Assembly (NCBI GenBank): GCA_963843845.1
Contig: CAWJMB010000002.1
Coordinates: 2,208,001 to 2,272,000 of the forward strand
Source: an uncultured Gemmatimonadaceae bacterium
GTDB lineage: Bacteria; Gemmatimonadota; Gemmatimonadetes; Gemmatimonadales; Gemmatimonadaceae
Length of the DNA stretch: 64,000 nt
Direction of reading: 5' to 3'
The notes under the pieces were generated by a model. That model saw only the letters and a list, made by a program, of their open reading frames with translations. It made no database searches and was not told the origin of the DNA. This document shows positions 53,204-62,714 of this stretch, one piece after another (within the stretch, counting starts at the first letter, position 1; every line of letters starts with the position of its first letter). Made by a program: the position numbers and the translations under genes.

Positions 53204-53414
53204 GCGCGAAAGGTAATGAGCCGCGGCGACGCCACCTCGGGATGGACGGACGCGTACGCGCACGCCTCGGGCGACGGTCGCGAAACCGATCGCGTGGACG
53301 CGACCGCGCGGGGGAAATACATTTCCGCGCCGCGCGCACCTCGCGCCCGGCCGCTCGCGGACGGACGCCTCCCGTTCATCGGCGCACCGCGCGTCCCCCC
53401 CCCTGCACATCGCT

Positions 53415-54282
53415 GTGACTCCCTCGACCGACGCGCCCCGCACCGCGAATCTCGACCAGCGTGTCGTCGACGCGTTCGGCGAGGAGTGGAGCCGCTTCGA
53501 TCAGCAAGGCATGGCGGACGAGGAGCTCGTCGCGCAGGCTCGCTGCTATTTCAGCGTGTTCCCGTGGGAGCCGACTGCCACCGAACGCGAGCGGCTTCGA
53601 CCTCGGCTGCGGCAGCGGGCGATGGGCCAAGTACGTCGCGCCGCGGGTCGGGCGACTGCACTGCATCGACCCGAGCCCCGCGGCGCTGGCGGTCGCTGCG
53701 CGCAACCTGCGCGGTGCCGGCAATGTCGAATTCCACGAGGGAAACGCCGGCGACGTGCCGCTTCCGCCCGCGTCGCAAGACTTCGGCTACTGCCTCGGTG
53801 TGTTACACCACATCCCGGACACCGCCGCAGGCATGCGCGAGGCGGTCTCGAAGCTGAAGCCCGGGGCGCCCTTCCTCGTCTACCTGTACTACGCCTTCGA
53901 CAACCGACCGGCGTGGTTTCGGTCCGTGTGGCGCGCCAGCGACGCGATCCGGCGCGCCGTATCCAGCCTTCCAGCGGCGCCGCGACACTCCGTGGCCGAG
54001 GTGATCGCGGCGACCGTGTACTGGCCGCTCGCTCGAACCGCCAGGTTGCTCGACGCGCTCGGCCTCCCGGTGTCGAACATGCCGTTGTCGGCGTATCGCC
54101 ACCGCAGCTACTACATGATGCGCACCGACGCACTCGATCGTTTCGGCACACGCCTCGAGCAGCGATTCACACGCGTCGAGATCGAGCGGATGATGCTGGA
54201 CGCTGGGTTGCGCGACATCGTATTCAGCGACGATGTCCCGTTCTGGTGTGCAGTCGGCGTGAAGACTGGCGAGCCGAGCTGA
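53415..54282 (+). CDS. Class I SAM-dependent methyltransferase (frameshift ~53575)
   Basis: DAFGEEWSRFDQ, then FDLGCGSGRW, GVLHHIPD, LKPG. Confidence 0.82.
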
Positions 54283-54295
54283 CAGCCGAGCTGAC
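54272..54295. repeat. Perfect 12-bp tandem duplication (AGCCGAGCTGAC x2) at the right edge of the polysaccharide locus
   Basis: 54272-54283 equals 54284-54295. Confidence 0.8.
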
Positions 54296-54318
54296 GCAGC
54301 GGCTCGACACCGCGGGGC

Positions 54319-55617
54319 CTACGGTACGAGCCCCCGTTCGCGCAGACGCCCGCGCACGCGCTCGTCCACCCGGACGCGCATGCGGATGTCTCCTTCGTCG
54401 TCGACCCGGCTCTCGATCACTTCGGCGTCGCGATGGAGCTCGGCCAGGAGGCGGCCATCGCTCGACGGGACGCGGACGTCGACGACCCCGTGGCGGCGAC
54501 GGCCGTGCTCCGTGAGGGCGTCGATGAGCGACTCGAGCCCGCCCGGCCGGACCGCCGAGACGAACACCGCCTCCACCCCTTCATTCCCGACACGCTCTCG
54601 CAACGCCGCCACCGTCGCCGCTTCGATCTGGTCGATCTTGTTGAACACGTAGACCAGCGGCGTCTCGCCGATCCCGATCTCCGCGAGCACCTCGTCCACC
54701 ACGGTCCGCTGCTCCTCCCATTGCGGATGGCTCACGTCGACCACGTGCAGCAGCAGATCCGCCTCGCGCGTCTCCTCGAGTGTCGCGCGGAACGACGCCA
54801 CGAGCTGGTGCGGAAGCTTGCGCACGAAGCCGACCGTGTCCGTGACCAGCACCCGCCCGCCGTCCGGCAGCGCCACTTCGCGCGTCAGCGGATCGAGCGT
54901 GGCGAACAGCCGGTTCTCGACGAACACGTCCTCGGCGCCCGACAGGCCGCGCAGCACCGACGACTTCCCTGCGTTCGTGTAGCCGACGAGCGCCGCGCGG
55001 AACTCGCGCCGACGCGACGAACGCTGCACCTCCCGCGAGCGCATGACGTCGCCGAGTCGCTCCTTCAGCAGCTTGATGCGATGGTTGACGAGTCGGCGGT
55101 CCGTCTCGAGCTGCGTCTCGCCGGGTCCGCGGGCGCCGATGCCGACGCCGCCGCGCGTCTTCTCCAGGTGCGACCACATGCGCGTCAGCCGCGGCAGCAT
55201 GTACTGCATCTGCGCCAGCTCGACCTGCATCTTCGCCTCGTTCGACCGCGCCCGCGTGGCGAAGATGTCGAGGATCAGCTCCGCGCGGTCCATGACGCGG
55301 ATGCCCAGCGCCTGCTCGATGTTGCGCCCCTGCGCCGGCGACAGCTCGTCGTCGAAGATGATGAGCGACGCGTCCTCGGCGTGCGCCCGCTCCTTCAACT
55401 CGTCGAGCTTCCCCTTGCCCAGGTAGGTCGCCGGGTTCGGGCGGTCGAGCTGCTGCGTGAGCGAGCCGACGACCTCCGCGCCCGCCGTGTCGGCAAGCCG
55501 CGCGAGCTCCTCCAGATGCTCGGCGACGACGTGGCGGTTCGCGGAGCCCTTGAGCGGCGCGCCGACGAGCACCGCCCGTTCGGTCGGCGGCGCGAGGTTG
55601 ATCAGATCGCGTGCGAT
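54319..55617 (-). CDS. hflX: GTPase HflX (candidate non-canonical ATC start at 55617; nearest canonical GTG 55572)
   Basis: GKGK, ELSPAQ, ILDIFA, GPGETQLE, GYTNAGKSS, LFATLD, DTVGF, NKID. Confidence 0.95.
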   Translation of the reverse strand: MARDLINLAPPTERAVLVGAPLKGSANRHVVAEHLEELARLADTAGAEVVGSLTQQLDRPNPATYLGKGKLDELKERAHAEDASLIIFDDELSPAQGRNIEQALGIRVMDRAELILDIFATRARSNEAKMQVELAQMQYMLPRLTRMWSHLEKTRGGVGIGARGPGETQLETDRRLVNHRIKLLKERLGDVMRSREVQRSSRRREFRAALVGYTNAGKSSVLRGLSGAEDVFVENRLFATLDPLTREVALPDGGRVLVTDTVGFVRKLPHQLVASFRATLEETREADLLLHVVDVSHPQWEEQRTVVDEVLAEIGIGETPLVYVFNKIDQIEAATVAALRERVGNEGVEAVFVSAVRPGGLESLIDALTEHGRRRHGVVDVRVPSSDGRLLAELHRDAEVIESRVDDEGDIRMRVRVDERVRGRLRERGLVP

Positions 55618-55649
55618 GAGGCGCTCCGGGAATCAGACATCGTCGTGGG

Positions 55650-56135
55650 TCAGCGTCCGAACGTCGAGAATCGCTGCGTGCGGTCGTACGGCCTCGTGAA
55701 GCTACCGAGCGGTGTCGAGACCGTCACATCACCGACGACGCGGTAGTTCACCGAACCCGAGGCGAGCAGCTGTCGGAGGCCGGCACCGAGGCCCGCGTAG
55801 GTGAACGAGATCGGCAGCGTGACGACTGACGAGTCGCCCTTCTGCACCGTGAAGCGCTGCTCCAGCGCGCCCTCGCCGAGCGGCATCGAGTCGACGAGGA
55901 CGCGATACGTGAGTCGCGTGCCGTCGAGCGCGAAGCCGTTCGGGTTGTAGACGCTGAGCTGCACGTCGGCGCTGCCGCCCTGGAGCCCGATCCCTTTCAG
56001 TCGCACGTCACGCAGCGCGACGACCGGCTCCTTGAAGCCACCGAGTCCGAGGCTCGCGCACCCCGAGAGCGCGACGACGATGAACGCGGCGGAGAGCCGG
56101 CGGGCGATCCGACGCTGACGATCAGTGCTGCGCAT
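55650..56135 (-). CDS. LEA type 2 / WHy domain lipoprotein
   Basis: Lipobox LSGC; VYNPNGFAL motif. Confidence 0.82.
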   Translation of the reverse strand: MRSTDRQRRIARRLSAAFIVVALSGCASLGLGGFKEPVVALRDVRLKGIGLQGGSADVQLSVYNPNGFALDGTRLTYRVLVDSMPLGEGALEQRFTVQKGDSSVVTLPISFTYAGLGAGLRQLLASGSVNYRVVGDVTVSTPLGSFTRPYDRTQRFSTFGR

Positions 56136-56164
56136 CCGACTCGCTCCTTCCTCGCGATCGAGGA

Positions 56165-57619
56165 TCATGCCGACTGCTCCGAGTCGTCGGCCGGCGCCGT
56201 GGGCACGGGGGCAGTCGGCGCGACCTCGCGCCGCGACCGCAGCTCCTGCCACCACGCCAACCGCTTCGCGACGTCTCGCTCGAAGCCGAACGGTCCAGGT
56301 TCGTAAAAGGCCTGCCCACGCAGGCACTCCGGCAGGTACTCCTGCGGGATGTATGCCTCGGGGACCGCGTGGGCATACTCGTACCCCTCGTGGTAGCCCA
56401 GTTCCTTCAGCAGCGCGGTCGGCGCGTTGCGGAGATGCAACGGCACCGGCTCGGCCGGCGTCTCACGCGCGGCCTGCATCGCAGCCGACAGCGCTTCGTA
56501 CGACCGGTTCGACTTCGGCGCCGTCGCCAGATAGATCGTCATCTGCGCGAGCGCCAGATATCCCTCCGGCGGGCCCAGCATCCGGTACGCCTCGCGCGCC
56601 GCGATCGCGAGCTTGAGCGCCTCCGGGTCGGCGAGACCGATGTCTTCCGATGCCATCGCGATCGCGCGGCGGAACAGCGTCAGCGGGTCCTCGCCTCCTT
56701 CGATCATGCGCGCCATCCAGTAGAGCGCGCCGTTCGGGTCGCTGCCGCGCAGCGACTTGTGGTAGGCCGAGAGGAGGTTGAAGTGCGACTCGCCCGCTCG
56801 ATCGTAGTGCGGCACGCGGCGCTGCAACGCATCGCGCACGGCCTGCACGTCGATGCGACCCTGCCCTCCGCCACCCGGCGACGCACCGCCGACGGCATCG
56901 CCGACCGCGTCGGCCGCCGCCTCGAGCGCGGTGAGCGCGCGGCGCGCGTCGCCGTCTGCGTGGGTGGCGAGAAGCTCGATCGCGTCGTCGTCCGCCGAGA
57001 GCTCGCGCGCGCCGAGCCCGCGCTCGCGATCGCGCAGTGCGCGGTGAATGAGCGACGTGAGATCGGCTGGCGACAGCGGTGCGAGCACGAACACGCGAGT
57101 GCGCGACAGCAGCGCGCCGGTGAGCGCGAAGGAGGGGTTCTCGGTCGTCGCGCCGATGAGCGTGATCGTCCCGGCCTCGACGTGCGGCAGAAATGCGTCC
57201 TGCTGCGCTCGATTGAAACGGTGGATCTCGTCGACGAACAGGATCGTGCCGCGTCCCTCGCGCTGCAGCCGCGCCTCGGCCTCCGCGACGACCTCACGCA
57301 CACGCGGCACGCCCTCGGTCACGGCCGAGAACGGCGCGAACGCACGGTCGGTGTACTGCGCGACCAGCCGCGCGAGCGTCGTCTTCCCCGTCCCCGGCGG
57401 CCCCCAGAAGATCATCGACGCGACCCGCCCCTGTTCGATCGCGTCGCGCAGCGGCTTCCCGTCGCCGAGGAGCTGCTGCTGACCGACGTACTCGTCGAGC
57501 GTCCGCGGCCGCATCCGTGCCGCGAGGGGCGTCGCCGTCGCACGACCAGCGGCGGCGAACAGCGAGTCGCCGACCCGCGCCTCCTCGCGCCGCGCGCGCG
57601 GCGGGCGCGACGGTGTCAC
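56165..57619 (-). CDS. rarA: Replication-associated recombination protein RarA/MgsA
   Basis: PLAARMRP, GPPGTGKTT, DEIHRFN, ATTENP, KSLRGSD, SEDIGLADP. Confidence 0.95.
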   Translation of the reverse strand: MTPSRPPRARREEARVGDSLFAAAGRATATPLAARMRPRTLDEYVGQQQLLGDGKPLRDAIEQGRVASMIFWGPPGTGKTTLARLVAQYTDRAFAPFSAVTEGVPRVREVVAEAEARLQREGRGTILFVDEIHRFNRAQQDAFLPHVEAGTITLIGATTENPSFALTGALLSRTRVFVLAPLSPADLTSLIHRALRDRERGLGARELSADDDAIELLATHADGDARRALTALEAAADAVGDAVGGASPGGGGQGRIDVQAVRDALQRRVPHYDRAGESHFNLLSAYHKSLRGSDPNGALYWMARMIEGGEDPLTLFRRAIAMASEDIGLADPEALKLAIAAREAYRMLGPPEGYLALAQMTIYLATAPKSNRSYEALSAAMQAARETPAEPVPLHLRNAPTALLKELGYHEGYEYAHAVPEAYIPQEYLPECLRGQAFYEPGPFGFERDVAKRLAWWQELRSRREVAPTAPVPTAPADDSEQSA

Positions 57620-58149
57620 GCGTCGTGCCCCTCGAGTCCGAGCCGCTCCGCCGCGGCGCTCACAGCGTCGCTCAGCTCCACGGCAGCGCCGAGCGCATCC
57701 GGGTCGAACTGCCAGCTCGCCGGCTCGGCGCTCGTGGCCTCGTGCAGCCCTTTTCCCTGCAACACGTACAGCCAGCGGTCGGTGCGTGCGTAGATGAACA
57801 GCTCGAGGTCGGGTGTCAGCGTGAGTTGGTCCTCCGCCGAATAGACCGCGATCTCGACGCCCCCGTAGGCGGCGAGCGGGGCCTTCAGTCGTGCGATCTC
57901 GTCGCGGACGTCGGGAAGCGCGATCGCGTGCCCGCTCCACGAGCGACGCTCGCGCACGTCATCGATGGCGATGTCGGTGGCGGGGGGAAGCTGCTCGGCC
58001 AGCGTGTGGAGCAGGTCGACGACACGCTCGGCGTTCGCGATGACCCGGGCTTCGTAGATGCCGTCCTCGCGCCCGAAGGTGAAGTCGTCCGTCCCGGAAC
58101 GGAAGCGCCGCCACACCGACGCCTCGGGCTGTCGTCCGCGAAAGAGCAT
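57616..58149 (-). CDS. Hypothetical protein
   Basis: Typical codon bias, abuts cca stop and overlaps rarA start; no family recognised. Confidence 0.65.
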   Translation of the reverse strand: MLFRGRQPEASVWRRFRSGTDDFTFGREDGIYEARVIANAERVVDLLHTLAEQLPPATDIAIDDVRERRSWSGHAIALPDVRDEIARLKAPLAAYGGVEIAVYSAEDQLTLTPDLELFIYARTDRWLYVLQGKGLHEATSAEPASWQFDPDALGAAVELSDAVSAAAERLGLEGHDA

Positions 58150-58151
58150 CG

Positions 58152-59564
58152 TCAGGCGGGGCGCGCGTGATGGATCATCGAACCGGTCGACGCGCCGGAT
58201 TCCGCGGCGATGCGATCGGCGTGTGCGAGCGCACGATCGAGCAGCGTCGCGCTCACGTTGCGCGTCGGGTCGTCGACGACGTCGTCGAGCAGCGCACGGA
58301 GCACGGCGCCGACCATCCGTCCGCGCACAGTCGGAACTCGCGCGAGGTCGTCGCCGTCCACCGCGAGATCCGCCAGCTCGATCGGGTCGCGGTAGGCGAT
58401 GCGGATCGCGCGGCGGTAGAGCGAGCGCGCTGCGCGCACCGACGGGACCGCGGTCGGGTCGGCGCCGGTCGCGCGCTCCGCGGCCCACCTCGCCGCAAGG
58501 AGACGGAGCACCATCGCGAGCCGCGTGCGCCCCGCCGCGGCAGCCCACCGCCGGATCGTCGCGTCGCTCGGCGCGGTGCCGCCTGCCGGTTCGCCGGCGG
58601 CGTCGGCCGCGACGAGTGCGGCGCGGATCGGGGGGGCCAGCTCGCGCCAGCGCGTCGTCAGCTCCAACGCGGCGCGCACCTGCGCGTTGGATGCCTTCAG
58701 CGTGCGGAGTGCGCGCTCCGCCTCGCGCGGCTCGCTGTCGAGCCAGAGCGCGACGAGGCGCAACGTGAGCCGCAGCGGCCGGTGCTGGCTCGGCGGCGGC
58801 AGACAGTCGAGGGTGTGAAAGCGCAGCGGCGACACGTCGGCGAGCGACGGAACGAGCGTCGTGAACGCACCACTCGCGCGCCACCGTTCGAACGACCCGG
58901 ACGGCCGCGCGACCTGCCGCATCGTCTTCTCGATCTCCTCGCGCACACGTTCCGTGGAGAGTCGGCCGAGGAACGGCGCGCTGGCGACGATCGCGTCCCA
59001 CGTTCCGGGCTCGATCGCGAAATCGAAACGTCCCGCGAAGCGGATCGCGCGGAGCGCGCGCAGCCGGTCTTCCTGCATCCGCAGTCCGGGGTCGCCGACC
59101 GCGCGCACGACGCCTCGGCGCAGGTCGCCGGTTCCATCGAACGGGTCGTAGAGTGTTCCGCGGCGGGGCGAATACGCGATCGCGTTCATCGTGAAATCGC
59201 GCCGCGCGAGGTCGTCGTCGAGCGACGCGCCGAAGGCGACGACAGCATGGCGGCCGTCGGTCGTCACGTCGTGTCGGAACGTCGTGACCTCGTGCATCGC
59301 CCCATCCGAGTCGAACACACCCACCGTCCCGAACTCGATGCCTTTCGGCACGGTCCGCCGGAACAGCCGCTGGACGTCGTGCGGCCTCGCGCTCGTCGCC
59401 AGATCCCAGTCGAGCTGCGCGTGGCCCAGCAGCGCGTCTCGCACCGCGCCGCCGACGCACCACGTCTCGTAGCCGGCGCGCTCCAGCCGGTCGGCGATCT
59501 CCAGCACGCCCCGCGGCGGTGCGAATCGCACGGCATGCCCGGCACCGCTCGCCACCGGGTTCAC
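58152..59564 (-). CDS. cca: CCA-adding tRNA nucleotidyltransferase (class II)
   Basis: VGGAVRD, DWDLAT, EVTTFR, DLARRDFTMNA, EDRLR, RFAGRF. Confidence 0.88.
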   Translation of the reverse strand: MNPVASGAGHAVRFAPPRGVLEIADRLERAGYETWCVGGAVRDALLGHAQLDWDLATSARPHDVQRLFRRTVPKGIEFGTVGVFDSDGAMHEVTTFRHDVTTDGRHAVVAFGASLDDDLARRDFTMNAIAYSPRRGTLYDPFDGTGDLRRGVVRAVGDPGLRMQEDRLRALRAIRFAGRFDFAIEPGTWDAIVASAPFLGRLSTERVREEIEKTMRQVARPSGSFERWRASGAFTTLVPSLADVSPLRFHTLDCLPPPSQHRPLRLTLRLVALWLDSEPREAERALRTLKASNAQVRAALELTTRWRELAPPIRAALVAADAAGEPAGGTAPSDATIRRWAAAAGRTRLAMVLRLLAARWAAERATGADPTAVPSVRAARSLYRRAIRIAYRDPIELADLAVDGDDLARVPTVRGRMVGAVLRALLDDVVDDPTRNVSATLLDRALAHADRIAAESGASTGSMIHHARPA

Positions 59565-59589
59565 CCGCAGAGGGTCAGGTACCGCGGCA

Positions 59590-60567
59590 TCATCGCTCGA
59601 GCACCGCGCGCAGCCCATCGACGCTCAACCCGACGCCGAGCCCCAACACGAGATCGACGCGCGCCTGCTGGGGACGCCGCGCGCCCGCGAAGATCGCGCC
59701 GAGCGCGTGGAGTCGGCGACCGCCGCCCGGATAGGCGTACGTCTGACTCACGCGACCCTGCCCGGTCCGCGACGCGACGACGACCGCCTTCCCGTCCGCG
59801 ATCCACCGCTCGATGCCGGGCACCATCTCGGGCGGGACGTTCCCACGTCCCATCGCCGCGACGACGACCGCGCGCGCCCCGCTCTCACGCGACGCGTCGA
59901 GCAGCCGCGAATCGCAATCGGACCACGCGGTCACGATGTCGACCGGGCCGACCGGCATCTCCGGGGCCAGCACCGCCGGCGCGTTGCGGAGGACGCGGCG
60001 GATGAAGACGCGTCCGTCGTCGATGATGCCTAACGGTCCGCCGCCCGGCGCCTCGAACGCGGCGAGGTCGTGCGTGTGCGTCTTCGCATCCTCGAGCGCG
60101 GCGAAGATACGGCTCCCCATCACGACGACGGTACCCAACGCCGCCGCCTCGGGATGCGCGGCGACGCGCACGGCGTCGATCAGGTTCACCGGTCCGTCCC
60201 AGCCGAGGTCGTCCGCCGAGCGCATGGCGCCGGTGAAGACGATCGGCTTGTGCGTCGCGACCGAGCGTGCGACGAGGTACGCCGTCTCCTCGAGCGAATC
60301 GGTGCCGTGCGTGACGACGATCCCATCGCACGCGTCGTCGGCGACGAGCGCGGCGATGCGGTTGCGCAGCTCCCACTGCCGCGCGAGCGTCATGTGCGGC
60401 CCCGGAAACGCGCCCCACTGCTCGGCGCGCACGTCGGCGATCCGGTCGATGCCGGGCGCCGCCGCGAGAATCTCGTGCGCCGAGAGCGAGGGCACCGCGC
60501 CGCCCGACGCGCGGTCGACGCGCATCGAGATCGTACCGCCGGTGAAGACGGCCGCGACTACCCGCAC
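59590..60567 (-). CDS. L-asparaginase, class 1 (asparaginase/glutaminase family)
   Basis: TGGTISM, HGTDSLEETAY, TGAMR, DGPVN, GRGN, SRT. Confidence 0.9.
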   Translation of the reverse strand: MRVVAAVFTGGTISMRVDRASGGAVPSLSAHEILAAAPGIDRIADVRAEQWGAFPGPHMTLARQWELRNRIAALVADDACDGIVVTHGTDSLEETAYLVARSVATHKPIVFTGAMRSADDLGWDGPVNLIDAVRVAAHPEAAALGTVVVMGSRIFAALEDAKTHTHDLAAFEAPGGGPLGIIDDGRVFIRRVLRNAPAVLAPEMPVGPVDIVTAWSDCDSRLLDASRESGARAVVVAAMGRGNVPPEMVPGIERWIADGKAVVVASRTGQGRVSQTYAYPGGGRRLHALGAIFAGARRPQQARVDLVLGLGVGLSVDGLRAVLER

Positions 60568-61313
60568 AGCACACTGCCGCCGTTGACGTTCACGATCTCG
60601 CCGGTCACGTGACGCATACCGTCGGCGCACAGGCAGACGACCGGAAACGCGATGTCGTCGGCCGTCGCCACGCGTCGCACCGGGATCGTGGATGCGATGC
60701 GCTCGCGGCCGCCGTCGCGCATCGCATCGCTCGTCATCTCGGTGTCCACCCACCCGGGGGCCACGCTGTTCACCGTGACGTTCCGCGGCGCGAGCTCCAC
60801 CGCCAGCGACTTCACGAACGAGATCATCGCGCCCTTGCTCGCGGCGTAGTCGGCGTGCATGGCCTCGCCGCGCTGCCCCGCGGTACTCGAGATCATGACG
60901 ATGCGGCCGCCGTCGCTCATGACGCGCGAGGCGGCGCGCGCGCAGTAGAACATCGCGTCGACGTTCTCGCGCATCGTCGCGCTCCATCGCACGTCGTCCA
61001 GCTCGGCGACCGGGATCTCGGCGGCGGGCCACACGCCGGCGTTGACGACGAGGATGTCGAGGCCGCCGAGCGACTCGACCGCATGCGTCACGATGGCCGC
61101 GGCACCCTCCGGCGTCGAGAGATCCGCGCCGAAAGCGCTCGCGCGCCTCCCGAACGCTCGCGCGCTCGCCGCGACCGACTCGGCGTCCTCGCGCCGCGCA
61201 CGGTAGCCGACGACGACGTCGGCCCCGCAGCGCGCGAGCAGTCGGACGATCGCGGCGCCGATGCCGCGCGAGCCTCCGGTGACGATGGCGCGCTTGCCGT
61301 CGAGGTGAATCAT
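60558..61313 (-). CDS. SDR family oxidoreductase (FabG-like)
   Basis: TGGSRGIG, NAG, YAASKG, PGWVDT. Confidence 0.9.
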   Translation of the reverse strand: MIHLDGKRAIVTGGSRGIGAAIVRLLARCGADVVVGYRARREDAESVAASARAFGRRASAFGADLSTPEGAAAIVTHAVESLGGLDILVVNAGVWPAAEIPVAELDDVRWSATMRENVDAMFYCARAASRVMSDGGRIVMISSTAGQRGEAMHADYAASKGAMISFVKSLAVELAPRNVTVNSVAPGWVDTEMTSDAMRDGGRERIASTIPVRRVATADDIAFPVVCLCADGMRHVTGEIVNVNGGSVLCG

Positions 61314-61903
61314 GTCAGCTCATCCTCCTCGATCAGATCGCAGATGAGGTGTTGGATACAGAGGTGGATCTCCTGCGCGCGATCCGTACGGTCGGTCGGC
61401 ACGATGACGGTGTGGTCGGCGAGCGCCCGCAACGGCCCTCCGTCGCGCGCGGAGAGCGCGAGCACGCGCACGTCCTTCGCGTGCGCCGCGCGCGCGGCCG
61501 CGAGCACGTTCGGCGAGTTGCCGCTCGTCGAGTGGATGATCAGCAGATCGCCCGGCCGGCAGAGCGCGTCGACCTGGCGCGCGAAGACGTGCTCGAAGCC
61601 GAAGTCGTTCCCGGTCGCCGTGAGGAGCGACGTGTCGGTCGTCAGGGCGATCGCGGGGTACGCCGCGCGGTCGCGCCGGTAGCGAACGACGTACTCGGTG
61701 GCCATGTGCTGCGCGTCGGCGGCGCTGCCACCGTTGCCGCAGAAGAAGAGTGTCCCGCGCCGCCGCACCGTCTCGCGCACCATCTCCGCCGCGCGCGCGA
61801 TGTCGACGGCGAGGGTGTCGGCGGTACGCGTCGCCGTCGCGGCGAGCTCGCGGAGCGCGTGCGTGATGCGATCGTCGGTCGCGGCGGGAGTTGTCTCCGT
61901 CAT
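61310..61903 (-). CDS. gmhA: D-sedoheptulose-7-phosphate isomerase
   Basis: CGNGGSAADAQH, NDFG, STSGNSPN, QEIH. Confidence 0.93.
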   Translation of the reverse strand: MTETTPAATDDRITHALRELAATATRTADTLAVDIARAAEMVRETVRRRGTLFFCGNGGSAADAQHMATEYVVRYRRDRAAYPAIALTTDTSLLTATGNDFGFEHVFARQVDALCRPGDLLIIHSTSGNSPNVLAAARAAHAKDVRVLALSARDGGPLRALADHTVIVPTDRTDRAQEIHLCIQHLICDLIEEDELT

Positions 61904-61934
61904 CGCATTCGGCGTCAGGCGGCGTCTGGTGGTG

Positions 61935-62714
61935 TCAGGCGGCGTTGGGCGACGAGGCGTCGCCCCGGCGGTCGAGCCACGCGCGAAGGCGCGCGAGCGG
62001 CGAGGCCGCGACGACGATCGGCGCGACGGGGAGCATCGGCTCGTCGCGCAACAGCCGTTCCGGGTTCGTCACCGTCAGCAGCTCGGCCTGCTCCGCCGCG
62101 CCGTGCTCGACGAGCCACTCGCGCGGCGTCGCCATCGACCGCGCGTCGCCGTGATTGTCGCTCGCGATGAGATCGACCAATCCATGCGCGAGCAGGTCGC
62201 GCGCCACGCGCGACCGTGCGCCACCGCCGAGGAGCATGACCGCGTCGACTTGGAGGACCGCGCCGGCGCGGCGCCAGCTCGTCGCACGGTCCACGGAGCT
62301 GCCGTGGTAGCGCTCGGGGTGCGCGAGGACCGGCACGACGCCGCTCAGGCGGATGCGCGACAGTTCGCGATCGGCCTGCACGGGCACCGTGCCGCGCGGG
62401 AACTCGACGAGCACGGCCGACGAGGTGCCTAACGACAGGCCGTGCGACGTGAGATCGACGCCCGGTTCGTCGAGCATGATCTCCCACCCGCTCACGAGCG
62501 CCAACCCCGCCGGCGCGACGGCGCGCACGGCCTCGACTCGCGCGCGGTGCGCGTCGACGTCGATGGTGTGCGCGCGCGACGCGCGAAGGTGCGGCGTACA
62601 GGCGACGACCCGCACGCCGTCCTGCGCGAAGCGACGCAGCACGCCCTGTGTGACGCCGACCGTCGCCGCGCCGTCGTCGACGCCGGGGAGGAGGTGGGTG
62701 TGGAGATCGATCAC
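61935..62714 (-). CDS. PHP-family tyrosine-protein phosphatase (CpsB/YwqE-like)
   Basis: IDLHTHLLPGVDDGA, TPH, AHPERY, ASDNH. Confidence 0.87.
   Translation of the reverse strand: MIDLHTHLLPGVDDGAATVGVTQGVLRRFAQDGVRVVACTPHLRASRAHTIDVDAHRARVEAVRAVAPAGLALVSGWEIMLDEPGVDLTSHGLSLGTSSAVLVEFPRGTVPVQADRELSRIRLSGVVPVLAHPERYHGSSVDRATSWRRAGAVLQVDAVMLLGGGARSRVARDLLAHGLVDLIASDNHGDARSMATPREWLVEHGAAEQAELLTVTNPERLLRDEPMLPVAPIVVAASPLARLRAWLDRRGDASSPNAA

Noticed and set aside
20790..54318. tRNA-integrated mobile element with attL/attR
   Set aside because: No integrase or transposase and no copy of the tRNA 3' end at the right border; the 12-bp tandem at 54272 has no visible match at the left edge
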